Shown here: positions 25,293 to 38,301 of the stretch, one piece after another | Position numbering within the stretch: the stretch's first letter is position 1 | Layout: every line of letters starts with the position of its first letter | Source: Eledone cirrhosa | Lineage: Eukaryota | DNA length: 64,000 nt | Direction of reading: 5' to 3' | NCBI GenBank assembly: GCA_964016885.1 | Contig: OZ024740.1 | Span: forward strand, 69,936,001-70,000,000 | Notes under the pieces: model-generated | What the model was told of the DNA's origin: nothing | The model's input: the letters and a program-made list of their open reading frames with translations, nothing else | Databases searched by the model: none | Translations under genes and position numbers: made by a program

Positions 25293-26490
25293 CTTTATTG
25301 TTTTTCCTTTTCTTTCAGTATTGTTTCTGATATATGCCGTATTTCTTCCTGACACCTAGGGCAAATAAAATCACTATGTACATTGGTAAGACAGTTAACA
25401 CACGACATTGAATATAATTTACAGAGGGATATCATTCTTGCAGAGGGATATCCTTCTTACAGATATAATACTCTTCTCACACACACACATCCACACAAGA
25501 GGGGGTATCATTCTCACAGAGATTGCTCTTCTCAATACGTGTGCAGTACCAGTCAAAACAATTTTTTGCGCCTTTTGCAGAGTGGGTAAACCAGTAATCA
25601 ATCGCAAATACTGTTTTGTTCCTTTCTTGATCATTCCCAATGGTATTGTAACGGCCTTGAGGTGCCACATTTTTTCTATTTCAATAAGCTGATCTTTATA
25701 TATTTTTAGGTTGTCGAATTCTTTTGCCGCGATATTGTAATCATATGGGATGCTCATAAACAGACCTTGCTATGTTGGTCTTTTATAATGATATCTGGTC
25801 TATTAGCTGTTATGGTCCTGTCAGTATGTACAGGAAAGTCTCAAAGAATTGTTACTTTTTCTTCTTCAGTTACAGCCTCAGGGTGATGATTGTATCACTT
25901 GTCAGCAGCTTTATAATGCCCACATATTACCCGGTGTAGATATTGGTCAATTCTGTCATTTTTATATTTGCACTCTACTGGGGCCAAAACGTTACATCCA
26001 GAGACTAGGTGGTGCACTGTTTCAACCTCAACATTGCAGAATCGGCACTTTGGATTTACTCCATTTCCCATCACATTGACCTGGTAACTCCATGTCAGTA
26101 AGCTTTGATCTTGAGCAGTTAAGATGAAGCCTTCACTCTCTGCTTTTAGCCGTGAGCTACGTAGCCACTGATGGGTGTACTTTTGGTCAATATCAGCTTG
26201 TTTTGGTCAACATAAGCTTGCTACAGGCCACATATTTACCATGCAGAGGTTTCTGCTCCCACTTTGATGCTAATTGCTCTTGCCCTTTTGATTTGCCATT
26301 AATTTTATGTGTTTAGAAGCATCAATTGCCACAGTTTCCTCAGTCTGTCCAAACTGGGGATCAAGCATGAGATCAGTAGCATATTTTTGGCTCTCCTTGT
26401 AGACAGAGTGAAGCTTCTTACTTCTCTCATGTTTTTCAACAAGTTTCAGCATACAGTCGTTTGTTGTTTCAAGGTATTTGGCCAGTCGAG
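25293..26490 (-). mobile_element. R4/Dong-like element, 3' portion
   Basis: LKAESEGFILTAQDQSL, TANRPDIIIKD (RLE PD motif), IEIEKMWHLK, QKIVLTGTAHVLRRA; ends in (TAA)n, the known Dong-type target. Confidence 0.85.
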
Positions 26491-26766
26491 GTATTTGGCC
26501 CTTGTGGCCAATAAATGAAAACATTATTATTATTATTATTATTATTATTAGCGACCTACGTAGTAAATCGTATCATCGTGAGCTCCGCAAAGGTTTGTTA
26601 TTTTCAGTTATTTAAAATTGCCATTTATGGAAAATTTTTATTGTTAACTATATATAAGTGCACATACATTGATTTCTGAAAAGGTCACTCAAAAATATTG
26701 GGGCCTTGAGCCCAAAATTTAAACTTTTTATAATTATCAAACAAAATATTTTTTCTTTGAAAAGTA

Positions 26767-28660
26767 ATGGATGACTCAGATTCACTCCTTCCTCACAATC
26801 CAACACCTCACACCGACACCACCATTGTAAACATTGCTACGTTTGCCAACACTGGAATTGTAAGCAGTAGCAATATTTTAAATTTGTCTCAGGCAGACGT
26901 TTATTTCCCGCCATTACCAATGACTGCAGGTGTTAAAGCCGCCACCACCACCACCACCACCGCAACAGCCACCACCCCACCATCACCAGAAACAAAAGAA
27001 AAAAATTAATTAACTCATGATATCGAAATGAATTCAACCAACATGAACTCTTCCACACCGAACACCACTGACGCCACCACCACCACAACTGAAACTAAAA
27101 TTAACAATAGCAAAAATAACGATAATAACAACAGCAACAATGAAATTAAGAAAACTACCCTGAGTTTTGCCAGAGTAGCAAAAACGTGCGAAGCGATCCA
27201 GGTAACTCAGGAAGAATTAGACGAAGCCAAAGGAATGGTAAAGAAAGATGGGTACAGGGTCAGCCTCACCCCCACCCTCTACCCCCACCTAATAAAATGG
27301 AGCAACGTCGCCTATGCACCGTGTCTTATCGGACAATAAACATAAAATCGCGCCGAGTGGAACGGGCATCTGAGTCCCAAATCCAAAAAGCTTTGGACAT
27401 GTGTGGGCAAAAAAACCTACATCAGACGTGGGCAGAAGTATGGAACCGTGGACGTGTTCTTTGAAACACCACAGGAGGCCAGAGAACACTCCATGGCCCC
27501 ATTAAGAAGTGACGATTTCACACTCATCCCAAGCTATTGTGGCCAGAGACTTGTGAAGATCAGGGTGACCCACGTTCCACCGGCCATCGAAATTCCCTGA
27601 CTAATGGCTGCCGTCCTCGCCGGCATCGAGGCCAACACCAAAATAATAGAAATAGCAAAAGAAAAGCAGGAGAACTGGTCCGGATCTGGGATGGAACTCC
27701 TGATCCAAGCGGACCATAAAAGCATTGAGGAGATCCCAGAGGTAATAGACCTCACTGACGGCAGCCACCTCACCGGAATCGTCGAGAGCAGAAGACCTAG
27801 GTGTGTCGTTTGTGGTGAAGGAACCCACCTAAGGGCTTTCTGCTCTCAGGCTAAAAGGTTGAGGCCACCTCTCTTACCCACCTCAGTGACTCAACCATCA
27901 ACACCACCAGCAGCAGAAATGGCAGCAACAACTGTAGCAGCAACAACAGAAGCAACTGTAACATCAACAACCCCAGCAACAGTAGCAAAACCAACACCAC
28001 CACCACCCAACGCCCCAGGACTAGCACCAGCGCCTACACCATCCACCACGCCACAATCAAAACACCCGCCTGTGGAGGATTTTCTACTCCCCGGCTTATT
28101 GCAACTGGAGACAGATTGCGACGACGAGGAGTGGGAAACGGTATCAGGAAAAAAGAAGAAAAAAAGAAACCAAAAAATAAAAAATTCTCTTCCTTCCCCC
28201 TCAAAAAAACAAAATATAGAGGGAAACAAATAAATTATCGAACAAGAAAGTTAGGACAGATATGCCACCATCCACACCAGCATCACCAATCCCATCACCA
28301 CAAACACCAACACCAAAAAGCGTAACAGAAACAAACCCACAACAAACGCAAAGAAAACAAAACAACCAAAACGATACACACTACACAGCATTAAATTTGA
28401 ACAACAACCAATTATTACACTACATGCAACACAACACCAGCATCACAGAAAAAGACTACACAACAACCCAAAAGTTCACACGACCTCCACACATACAAAT
28501 CACTCGCATCACACAGAATACGTACACGGCAAAAATTCCCCAAAGACATCGGAGACTTCCGACAAACACTCTCCAGGAGGATTTATAAGGACATCGTTCC
28601 GGAGGAGGCCACAAGCAGTGAAAAGAATGGACAAACATCCTTCCTCTACGAGAAGTAAGG
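26767..28660 (+). pseudogene. LINE ORF1 (gag-like), broken
   Basis: LSFARVA, RRGQKYGTVDVFF, CVVCGEGTHLRAFC, EEWETVSGKKKKK; several stops and frameshifts. Confidence 0.8.
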
Positions 28661-28697
28661 TAAGTGGTCTTTCCCATCTTTTCCACTCCATTTCAAC

Positions 28698-31600
28698 ATG
28701 ACCTCACTCAGAATAGGCAGCATAAATGCGCGTGGCTTGGGGTCGTCATGGAAGCAGGGCCACCTGCTCAACGACCTCAGTTCACTAAACATAAATGTAG
28801 TGGCCATCAGCGAGACCACAATCTCCAAAGCACGGGCCTTCACACCGATCTTCGGCGGCTACGATGTGTACGCATCTCCCAGCCGTCCGGGATCGGGGAG
28901 GAGTTGCTGTGCTTTTTCGGAGAGGTTTGGATCTCGCCATACGGGCCATCTTCCTGGACCCAGAAGGTAAGTTGGTGGTGCTAGAGGTGACCAGCGGAGA
29001 CGGGCAAGCTTTCTGGCTAGTGGCCGTCTATGCCCCGACAGGAGCAGGGCGGCCTGATTTCTTCCGGCGTCTGGAGACCTTTCTTGGAACCTCCCGCTCT
29101 TTAGTGTTAGTGGGCGGCTGGAACGGTATCTTAGATGCACGCTGGGACTGTGTGGGATTAGCGGATAGGGGAGGAGGGTGCAAGAGCCTCACCAACCTGC
29201 TCAGGCATTTTGAACTGTCTGACAGGTACCGATTGGATTTCCCGAATGTGCCAATGTGGACTTGGACAAATCGCATAGGGTCATCCAGATCATATCTAGA
29301 TAGAGTATTTTGTAGAGAAATAGATAGGTCTAGCATAGGCTGTCCACAATTCAAGATAGTCAGCTACACGGACCACAAATTCGTGATCTGTGTACTTGAC
29401 TTAGATAGGCTACATAGACGAGGACCCGGCTACTGGAAGCTAAACGCGTCCTTACCAACGCGCAAGGCCTACAGAGACCGGATTAGCGAACTAGTTAAGC
29501 GGGCGTTGACGGGGGCCATCGTCAACAACAAGTGGTGGTTTGCTCTGAAAAGAGCAATTAGAATAGAGTCCATTAGATTTAGTAAGGCTTTAGCAATAGA
29601 GAAAAATAGAGCAGAAGGAGAATTAGTTAGAAAATTAGATGAGGCGCTTAGCAAAGGCATCGCGACCGACGTACTTGCGGCGAAATTGGCCATTGACCAA
29701 TTCTTCAATGCAAAGCACGAAGGCTGCGTTGTCAGAGCTAAGGTGCGTGCTCTCAGACACGAGGGGACGAAAGCCGTTCAATGGACCCGAGTGGCGGAGG
29801 CGCATCGTGGCAACAACGCCACGCTCCGGTCTTTGGTGGACCACGACGGGCGCACGCTACTCGACCCCGGGCAAATGCGTGAAGCTTTTCAGCGACACTT
29901 CGCTCAGTTGTTCGGGGGCAGCGGCGGGGCGGATCGAGGGATAGACTTTAGTGTCTACCTCGTCGGACTGCCGCGGCTCTCGGCCACTGAGGCGGAGTGT
30001 TGCGAAAAGCCGATAACAGCCGCTGAAGTACGGGAGGCAATGACTAGCTGCACAAGGGGTAATCGACTGGTTTGCGTACAGATGCCAGACTTATTCGGAG
30101 GCCTCTTGGCGGACGTCTACTGCAACTGGCAACAGAACGGGAGAATTCCCAGCTCTGTGAGCCGAGGAGCTCTGGCGCTGCTGAGAAAGGATCCGAACAG
30201 GGGGGATAACATAGATAATTTTAGGCCCATAACTCTGCTAAACACAGAGTTCAAGATTTTGGCCAAGGTGCTAGCAAAGAGGTTGGCGCTTGTCGTTGAT
30301 GGTCTTGGTGGGAGAGGCGCAGACATGCACCATTCCCGACAGATCCATCCACGACAACCTCCACTTCATGCGATACATCGTAGAGAGGGTAGCTAGGGAA
30401 CCTGGAAACGAGTGGGTCCTTCATCAATTTAGATAAGTCGAAAGCTTTCGATAGGGTCGACCATCGTTACCTAGCGGCAGTCCTGAGGGCGGCTGGCTTT
30501 GGGTCGTCTTCAGAGGCTGGATCGCTGCCATGCACAGAGACATCTGCTCTGTGGTGAGAGTGAATGGTCACCTTTCGGAACCGTTCAACATCATGCGCTT
30601 GGTCCGCCAAGGATGTCCCCTCTCGTCCCTCGTGTACGTATTTACTCTCGAGCCTTTACTGCACAAACTGGAGACGTTGAGGGGGATCCCGCGCGAACTA
30701 GGATGCGGAAGATCCGTGTCAGCATATGCGGACGATGTCATCGTAGTGGTGTCGAACGCCAAACACATCGAGGCGATCGGCACTACACTAAGAGAATACG
30801 AAGCTGTGACAGGAGCAATGATCAACCAGGAAAAGTCAGTGAGCCTGCAGCTCGGCACCTGGAGAGGCAGGTCCATGCCGTCCAACAGCGTTGTCGGGCG
30901 CTGGACGGACGGACCAGTGAAATTGCTCGGGGTCTGGATCGGTCCAGATCTCCAGACGGACAAAAACTGGGACGAGGTGAAGAGCAGGGTGGCTTCTCTC
31001 ACCCAGAAATGGGCTGAGAGGAAGGTATCCCTGAAAGGTCGAGCGGAGGTGGCTAACGCGTATATCGCGTCCGTGATCTACTACCGCCTGACCGTCGTAC
31101 GTTGTCCTAAGCCCCGCCTGACTGCGCTGGAGCGTTTGCTCTTTCGCTTTTTGTGGAAGGGACGCGCTCCGATGGTCAGGCGGTCCATCTGCTGTCAACA
31201 CCCGCTACGTGGAGGGCTGGGAATGCTGTAGCTCATGATGCGCAAACACGCGCTCAGACTACGACATCTCCACCTCCTCCTCGAAGTTGATCAGGTGTGG
31301 TCTCCGTTTGCTAGACACGTATTTCCCCAGCTCGTCTCCTTGACGGAGCTGCAGTCCTGGGTCAAGCGAAGACCAAGGGGGGGCGCTTGGAGACTGGAAT
31401 GTCTTCAGGCGCTCACAGCCCTCGACCAATCGGGCAATGTGATCGGTGGAAACTCCACCTTGGCGTTCTATAGAGGATTAGTTGAGGGAAAGAGCGACGA
31501 CGTACTTGGGGAAACTCTAGGCGTCGACGAAAATCAACTAACCAATATCTTCGGAAGAACTTTCGGGCCGGGGCCTATGGACAACTTCCAGAAATCCCTG

Positions 31601-32092
31601 GCCTGGCAGTGCTACCGAGGAGCTTTGCCAGTTCGGGATAAACTCTACAGGCATGGAGGTGCTGTCAGCCGAGCATGTCCGAGATGCGCGCAGGGCGACG
31701 AAACCGTCCTGCACGCACTCGTCCAGTGTCCGAGCATTGCTGACTTGTGGGTTTATGTCGAACACCTGCTGTCGCATGTGGGACGGATCCAGCTACCAGC
31801 TGAGTCCATCGTGAGGATTGCTCCGCCCTCTTCCTTTAGCCGGGAAGGGCAGGCAGTTTTTATCTGTCTGATGGCCATGGCGAAAGAGATAGTATGGTGG
31901 ACACGTTTGAAATGGCTGAAGACGAGCACTTACCTCTTCGGTGATGCCCTGATTAACTTTTTCAAATTTCATTTGAAAAGGAAAATCAGGGTAGAGAGGG
32001 AAGTGCTCTCTTCCCAGCATTTTGTTGAAAGATGGGTGAGAGAAGCAAGTATTGCCCGAGTGAATGGGCCTACTCTGAGTATGTGTCTGTAA
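28698..32092 (+). pseudogene. LINE ORF2: APE endonuclease, reverse transcriptase, zinc finger
   Basis: SINARG, AVYAP, SYLDRV, TDH, GPGYWKLN, NFRPITLLN, VRQGCPLS, AYADD, CPRC..ETVLHALVQC; frameshifts and an in-frame TAG at 31229. Confidence 0.93.
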
Positions 32093-35000
32093 ATTAAAGA
32101 TGGAAAACTGGGAGAGGGCACTTGCCCTGGTGGTCAGGGTCACTGTGGCCTTTTAATGGGCTTTCTCTACAAATGTCCCTCGGAAGTCTCCCCCCTATTG
32201 GGGAATTTTCCATTGTTATTTTTTGTTAAATCCTGTTTTGTTTTTTTTTACACGCAGAAATGCCCATTTGTACCGTCCTGTATTGTCCTGTACTGTCCTT
32301 AATGTCTACTTTATGTAAACCCTAGTGGTTAATAAAGAAAGCATTATTATAATTATTATTATTATTTTTACTATTATTGTTGTTGTTGTTCTTTTTTGTT
32401 GTTCTTTTCTTACCGCAGGCGCCTGAGGATTACCTTCAGTAGCGCTACGCTAAACTGGCGTGTGGGAGACCCACGAGTTCATCCATGCTGGAGCCGGGTT
32501 GGTGGTGATACCATCCACCATCAAGGCCGGACACCTCATCCAAAGATGTTCGGAGGATTCTTCTTCCTCTCCGCACAGACGGCATGTGTTGATTTCCGCT
32601 TTGCCGATCATATGGAGCCATCTCCTTAATGACGTGTGATGTCCACTGCGGAAGCGGACGAGATGGTTCATATCTGCTTTGGAGAGAGTTTGCTACTCTC
32701 GTCATTTGGGTGGCGGCTAAAGACTGCTTGTAGACGTTGATGCTGGATCGGTGGTGGGCGAAATTCCAACCGAATAACGGCGCGTCGCGTGGCGGCATCG
32801 ATTGAACTTTCCAGTTGAGTAGATGCTGAGGCTTGTTTCGCCTGAAAAGCACTGGTGAAAAGCATTGGTGAAAGGACGGAACCTTGCGGAAGCCCTTCTT
32901 TACACACGCGACTATGACCAGTGTTCCCATCAATTCGGACTCTTGTTATACGGTTTGTAAACCACGCGGATAACCACTCGACGAAACGCAGGGGAATGCC
33001 AAGCCTGGTCATATCTTGCAGCAGTCTTGTTGAGTTTCGAACACCCTGGATGTTGAGTCGTAGCTCCCGTACATCTTTCCTAGTCTTTTTATCTGGCTTT
33101 CTTCCGCTAACTGCGGCATACTCTTGAATGAAAGCTGCAGCTTTCGATCGGTCGCTAGCATAGGTCGCCCCTTTGTATAGTATGGACTTGCTGTTGTTTG
33201 CGCAGCCTTTTCCTGACAACGATCGAACTACTGACCAGGCCATTTTACTAGCTTTTGTCTCAGATATCGTCTGTAGGTGTTTCCTCCAGGCCTCACTCTT
33301 GCACTTATCTGTTTTTATAACCACCTCGCGTGAGGTCTCCAACCACCCTTTGCGATTGTTCTTAAGATCTCGCCTGAGATGATTGCGTTTTTTTATCAGA
33401 CTTTTTAGCTCCGCTGTCATCCATGAACATTCATTCTTACTGATGGCCTTCATGGGAACTGCCACGGCTTCTGCCTTTTTAAGGAGTGTGAGAAGTGCTG
33501 CCCATTTATTTGAGGATGAAGCTTCATCGGAGACTTTGTTAATTCCCTCTTTAACGAATTCCCACAATTTTGGCCAGTCTGCTTTTTGATAGTTTCTCCG
33601 TGGTTTCTGTCGTGGTCGTTCTACCTGAAGATTAACACCCCAGTGGAAGATGATCTGAGCCGAGATCATTCATAGTATACCATGAGAATTGGTTGACTGG
33701 GTCTAGATTTACTATTGTAAGATCCGGTGCACTTATTCCTGCTCCCTGTTGGTATCTCGCGGCTCGCGTCGGGGTTCCATAATTTAGAATGGATTTGGAG
33801 TTGTCTTCAAGCCAAGTGATGATATCTGAACCGCAGGTATCAGCTTTTGCAAACTGGTCCCACGTCGAATGGTGAGCATTGAAATCTCCGCAGATAATTC
33901 CTCGTTGATTTGATAGGTTGTGTATCCAGACGGTGTTATTCGACGGCTGCTGGGCATAGCCAGATTTTTGCGGGGGAAGGTAGGCGTTTGTGACGGAAAA
34001 CTGACGTCTACTGGTTAGCTGGATGACAATCCGTTGTTGTTGCAGGGGGCTTGTGTTAACACGCGGTGGTACCGAGAACTGTATGCCCTGCCGGATGTAG
34101 ATCATCAGTCCACCTCCACGGTGGTGTAATGTACCGCTGCCTTGTCGGTCCTGGCGAATTGCGTCATAGCCGTCAATTGTATGGGGTTGGATCTTTATGC
34201 CCTAATTTGGTTTCTTGGATAGTTGCAACGTCTATATTGTGTTTCAATACGAACTCTTTTAATTCTATTATCTTCGATGGAATGAAATCTGCATTCCATT
34301 GTAAAAATTGGAGCTTACGTACAGTCGTCCTTGGCATTTGTGTACGTACTGTCGTATGTGTTGTCTGATCTAGGGTGGTTGGGGGATGGCATTGAGCGCA
34401 AGTGCCGCATGTCGATTCGTTGTGTTGTCGTAGCCGTTCTAATGCATATTTTGTTTCAGGTGCGCACTTGAGATGAAATGTGCGGTGACAAGTTTTGCAT
34501 ATAAGCGGTTTTTTGGAGTGAGCTAGACGACATTTATAAGTAGGACAGTCGGTGTTAATGGATGCAGCGACTTGTGGGACTTGAGAGGAGTTGGATGAGT
34601 TTACAACAGATGTATTATGTACATGGGGGATGGTAATGCTCGATGTGTTGTGGGCTAAAATTACATTATCGTTAGTGGGGGGGGGCATTGTTGGTGTTAA
34701 GAAGATATTATGTGGTGAGTGGGCTGGTATCACAGACTGTTCTTGGTTGTGGTGGGTTGTAAAAGTATGTTGGTGGGTTGTTGGAGGCATGCTAGGCGCT
34801 ATTGAGTCCTACGGATGTTGAGATGGGTGTACAATATGTGGTTGGGGAGATGAAGGTGTTGTGACTGTACAGGTTGAGCATTGCCATATGGGGAAAGTGT
34901 TATATCGAGAAATGCCAGTGCATTGTCTATGCGCATTGTTGGAGCATGATTGACATTTGATCGATTTGATGTTTGTGCGGATCTTTCCCTGGCATAGGTG

Positions 35001-35187
35001 GCATCAGAGATTTTGATCACTTGCTGGCGATAAGCGTTGGCACTACGGCTGTCCCCGACAGAAACTGCAGACGAAGCTTTGATGACTCTTCTGTTGACCT
35101 CGAGTCAAGCCGCTACATTTCCTGGCAGGTCTTGCAGATGAACGGTGCCAAGTCACGGCGAATCGTCTTGGCATACCCTGGGCAGAG

Positions 35188-35238
35188 GGGTCCTGAGTTG
35201 ATCTCGATGTCGCCCGCCAGGAGGAGGATTAACCGGAG
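35188..35238 (-). other. 2A-like (StopGo) peptide, P-to-S variant
   Basis: LRLILLLAGDIEINSGP versus consensus D(V/I)ExNPGP. Confidence 0.75.
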
Positions 35239-35307
35239 ATACAGGGTGGGAGTTACACCCCAGGTTATAGAAAAATGGTGCGTCTCCCACGGCGCAGTCT
35301 GGGTAAG

Positions 35308-35390
35308 ATATGGTCCGAGTTCGTAAGTCGCCTGAAGACGACCCAACACAGCACACCACTGGAAGGTCTCGGTCCATATAAACGTGCTGA
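35308..35390 (-). ncRNA. HDV/CPEB3-like self-cleaving ribozyme
   Basis: P1 (T)CAGCAC/GTGCTG(T); P2 ATATGG-A-CCGAG/CTCGG-A-CCATAT; P3 ACC/GGT; L3 TTCCAGT; J1/4 GT; P4 TGGGTCG/CGACTTA; J4/2 CGAA. Confidence 0.88.
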
Positions 35391-35935
35391 TGCTGCTGCC
35401 GCTGCCACTGTCACCCCAGTTGTTATTGTCAATACCGCCGCCGCTGTTTCTACCTCTATTGTTGTTAAATGTATCAGCATCATTCACTTCTCGACCACTG
35501 CTTGATGACGAAGAGAACGAAATAGTTTTCGCCTGACATTTACTGTGGCGATGACTAAACGAAAAAGGAAAAGTACGAAAAGGATAGCGAGACTCGTCGC
35601 TGACAGCTGGATTATTATTGCGGAAGTATACACGTCGCAGGAATTTGTGTTCCGGTAAGTTTGCGATTTTTGTATAGTTTAATTGCGAACGTATCTTTAA
35701 AATATGGTATTGTTTTATTTCTATACACACCCCGCTTCTCTTGAAGAGGTCGAAATAAATTGTTGTTTAGCCTTCCTGGGCGAAATTCCAATTTGAACTT
35801 TGCATTTAGCAAATACGCCCCCCCCCCCCCCCCCAAGAAAAATGGCGTCATTAAAAAAAAACATATCTCTCTGCCATGTATACACACAAAAAATTACTCC
35901 TTCAGCAGAGTATCCATCTCAATCTTGTCTTTCTG
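35391..35935. mobile_element. 5' fragment of a Tx1-like LINE with its first ~315 bp inverted
   Basis: 35622-35935(+) matches 48896-48580(-); 35391-35610(-) matches the continuation at about 48575-48400(-). Confidence 0.8.
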
Positions 35936-36071
35936 TTGTTCTGGTGCTGCTGTTACCGGTGGTGCTGCTGCTGCTGCTGCTACTCCGTTCATTGCTGGTG
36001 TTGCTGTTGACGATGATGGTGACAGTGGTGGTTGAGATCACTGTTGTTGTTATCATCATTAATATTATAAA

Positions 36072-36472
36072 GGTGGTGGGTTGGCAGAATCGGTAGATCG
36101 TCATTCACCATGCTTCCTGGCATAGAGTTACGGCCCTTTATATTCTGAGTTCATATACCATCAAGGTTAGCTTTGCCTTTCGTCCTTACGGGGTCGAAAA
36201 AACAAAGTACCGGTAATGCACTGGAATCCATTAAATCGACATTCCCATCCCCCAAAATTGCTGGCCTTGCGCCTAAAGTATAAATAATTGTTTCCATTTT
36301 AGGCAGAAGGCCAGCAATTACCCAATACATTACTGGTACTTTATTTTATCGACCCCGTAAGGATGGAAGGCAAAGTTAACCTCGGCCGGATTTGAACTCA
36401 GATTGTAAAGGGACGTAACTATGCTGGAAAGCATGTCCGACCCTCTACCGACACTGCCAATTCACCGCCCTT
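36072..36472. mobile_element. Two SINE copies, tail to tail
   Basis: Plus copy about 36072-36290; minus copy about 36290-36472. Confidence 0.85.
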
Positions 36473-36839
36473 CAATAATAATTATTATTATCGCCATCAT
36501 CATCACTCGAGGAAAAAACTTCCACTCTTCTTACAATAAGTCTTTATGGGGATTATAGTAATTCTTACTACTAATACAGCTGCTCCTGCTGTTACTACAC
36601 CTACTTAAGAGTTCCGAATGTACTTTTCAGAAGTATTTCACCCTACATTTGTTTCTCTTGTTGATAAGAATCAGACGAGCCAGTGAACCAAATGTAGGAC
36701 ATATGAGGGACAACACCCTCGGCGGGCATGGAGTAAAAAACTTACGCACTGCTATTCAGTGTTTTGTTTCTCTTCTTTTCGCTAACTTACTATCAGTTCA
36801 TACAGACAAACATGACGTGCGTTTTTCATTATCTTCATT

Positions 36840-36952
36840 ATATACATGTATGTGTGTATATATATATATATGTGTGTGTGTGTGCGTATATACATACATA
36901 TGTATATATATATTTATATATGTATATATGTATATGTATATATAATATAATA

Positions 36953-36984
<32 letters not shown>

Positions 36985-37050
36985 ATACATATATATATAT
37001 ATATAATACATATATATATATATAATACATATATATATAATATATATGTA

Positions 37051-37098
<48 letters not shown>

Positions 37099-37608
37099 CA
37101 CATATATACATATATACATACATATATGTATATACATATATATATATACATATATACATACATATATGTATATACATATATATATACATATATACATATA
37201 TATATGTATATATATGTATATAATATATATATGTATATAATATATATACATATATATTATATACATATATATATATATATATATATACGTATATAATATA
37301 TATATGTATATAATATATATACATATATACATATATATATGTATATATATGTATATAATATATATATGTATATAATATATATATGTATATAATATATATA
37401 CATATATATTATATACATATATATATATATACATATACGTATATAATATATATATGTATATAATATATATACATATATACATATACGTATATAATATATA
37501 TATATATGTATATAATATATATACATATATATTATATACATATATATATACATATATACATATACATATACATATATACATATACATATATGTATATATA
37601 CATATATG

Positions 37609-37662
<54 letters not shown>

Positions 37663-37664
37663 TG

Positions 37665-37720
<56 letters not shown>

Positions 37721-37722
37721 TG

Positions 37723-37794
<72 letters not shown>
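36840..37794. repeat. Complex (TA)n-derived tract
   Basis: Directly visible. Confidence 0.98.
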
Positions 37795-37796
<2 letters not shown>

Positions 37797-38230
37797 CTGA
37801 TGTATTCAAGTGTTGGCATATATTAAACAGCTTTGAAATGTTTTGGGAAATACGGATTCAATGTCTTTAATTTTAAAGAAAGAATCTGAGCACTTTAATA
37901 TTGAAGCCGTTGAAATTTTAGTGAGAAGCACGCAGGCATTTAGCTATTTATACATGTGTATACGTGTGTATGTATATATATATATTGTACTAGTGCACCT
38001 ATGAAGCCTTATACATATAAATGTACGTATTATCTCGCATATTATTCAATATACACTACTTATACGTACACACACATATACATATATATATATGTATATA
38101 TGATGATGTTGATTTTATAAGAATGAAAATGTTCTATTCCTGTAGAAGCGATTTCTATATTATAAAGTAATTCTTACACCCTACTAATATATTGAGTACA
38201 GTTTTTAACTGTGATTATCAACCTATTTTG

Positions 38231-38299
<69 letters not shown>

Positions 38300-38301
<2 letters not shown>

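Larger units (their letters stand above)
26551..32345 (+). mobile_element. Full-length but disabled Tx1/L1-clade LINE between (ATT)n tracts
   Basis: ORF1 with CCHC knuckle; ORF2 with APE, RT and C-terminal zinc finger; 3' UTR with AATAAA then (ATT)n. Confidence 0.93.
32378..35390 (-). mobile_element. Ingi/I-group-like LINE with 5' HDV-like ribozyme, 2A-like peptide, three PHD-like fingers, APE and internally deleted RT
   Basis: LQWNA, IQETKL, GDFNAH, APDLT, LGSDH; GLPQGSVLSP; CRLCGEEEESSEHLWMRC; ends LRRLR* then an (AAC)n tail. Confidence 0.85.

Noticed and set aside
35113-35730. 205-aa ORF as a real chimeric gene
   Set aside because: It crosses an inversion breakpoint and a Tx1/Ingi junction; a fortuitous open frame.
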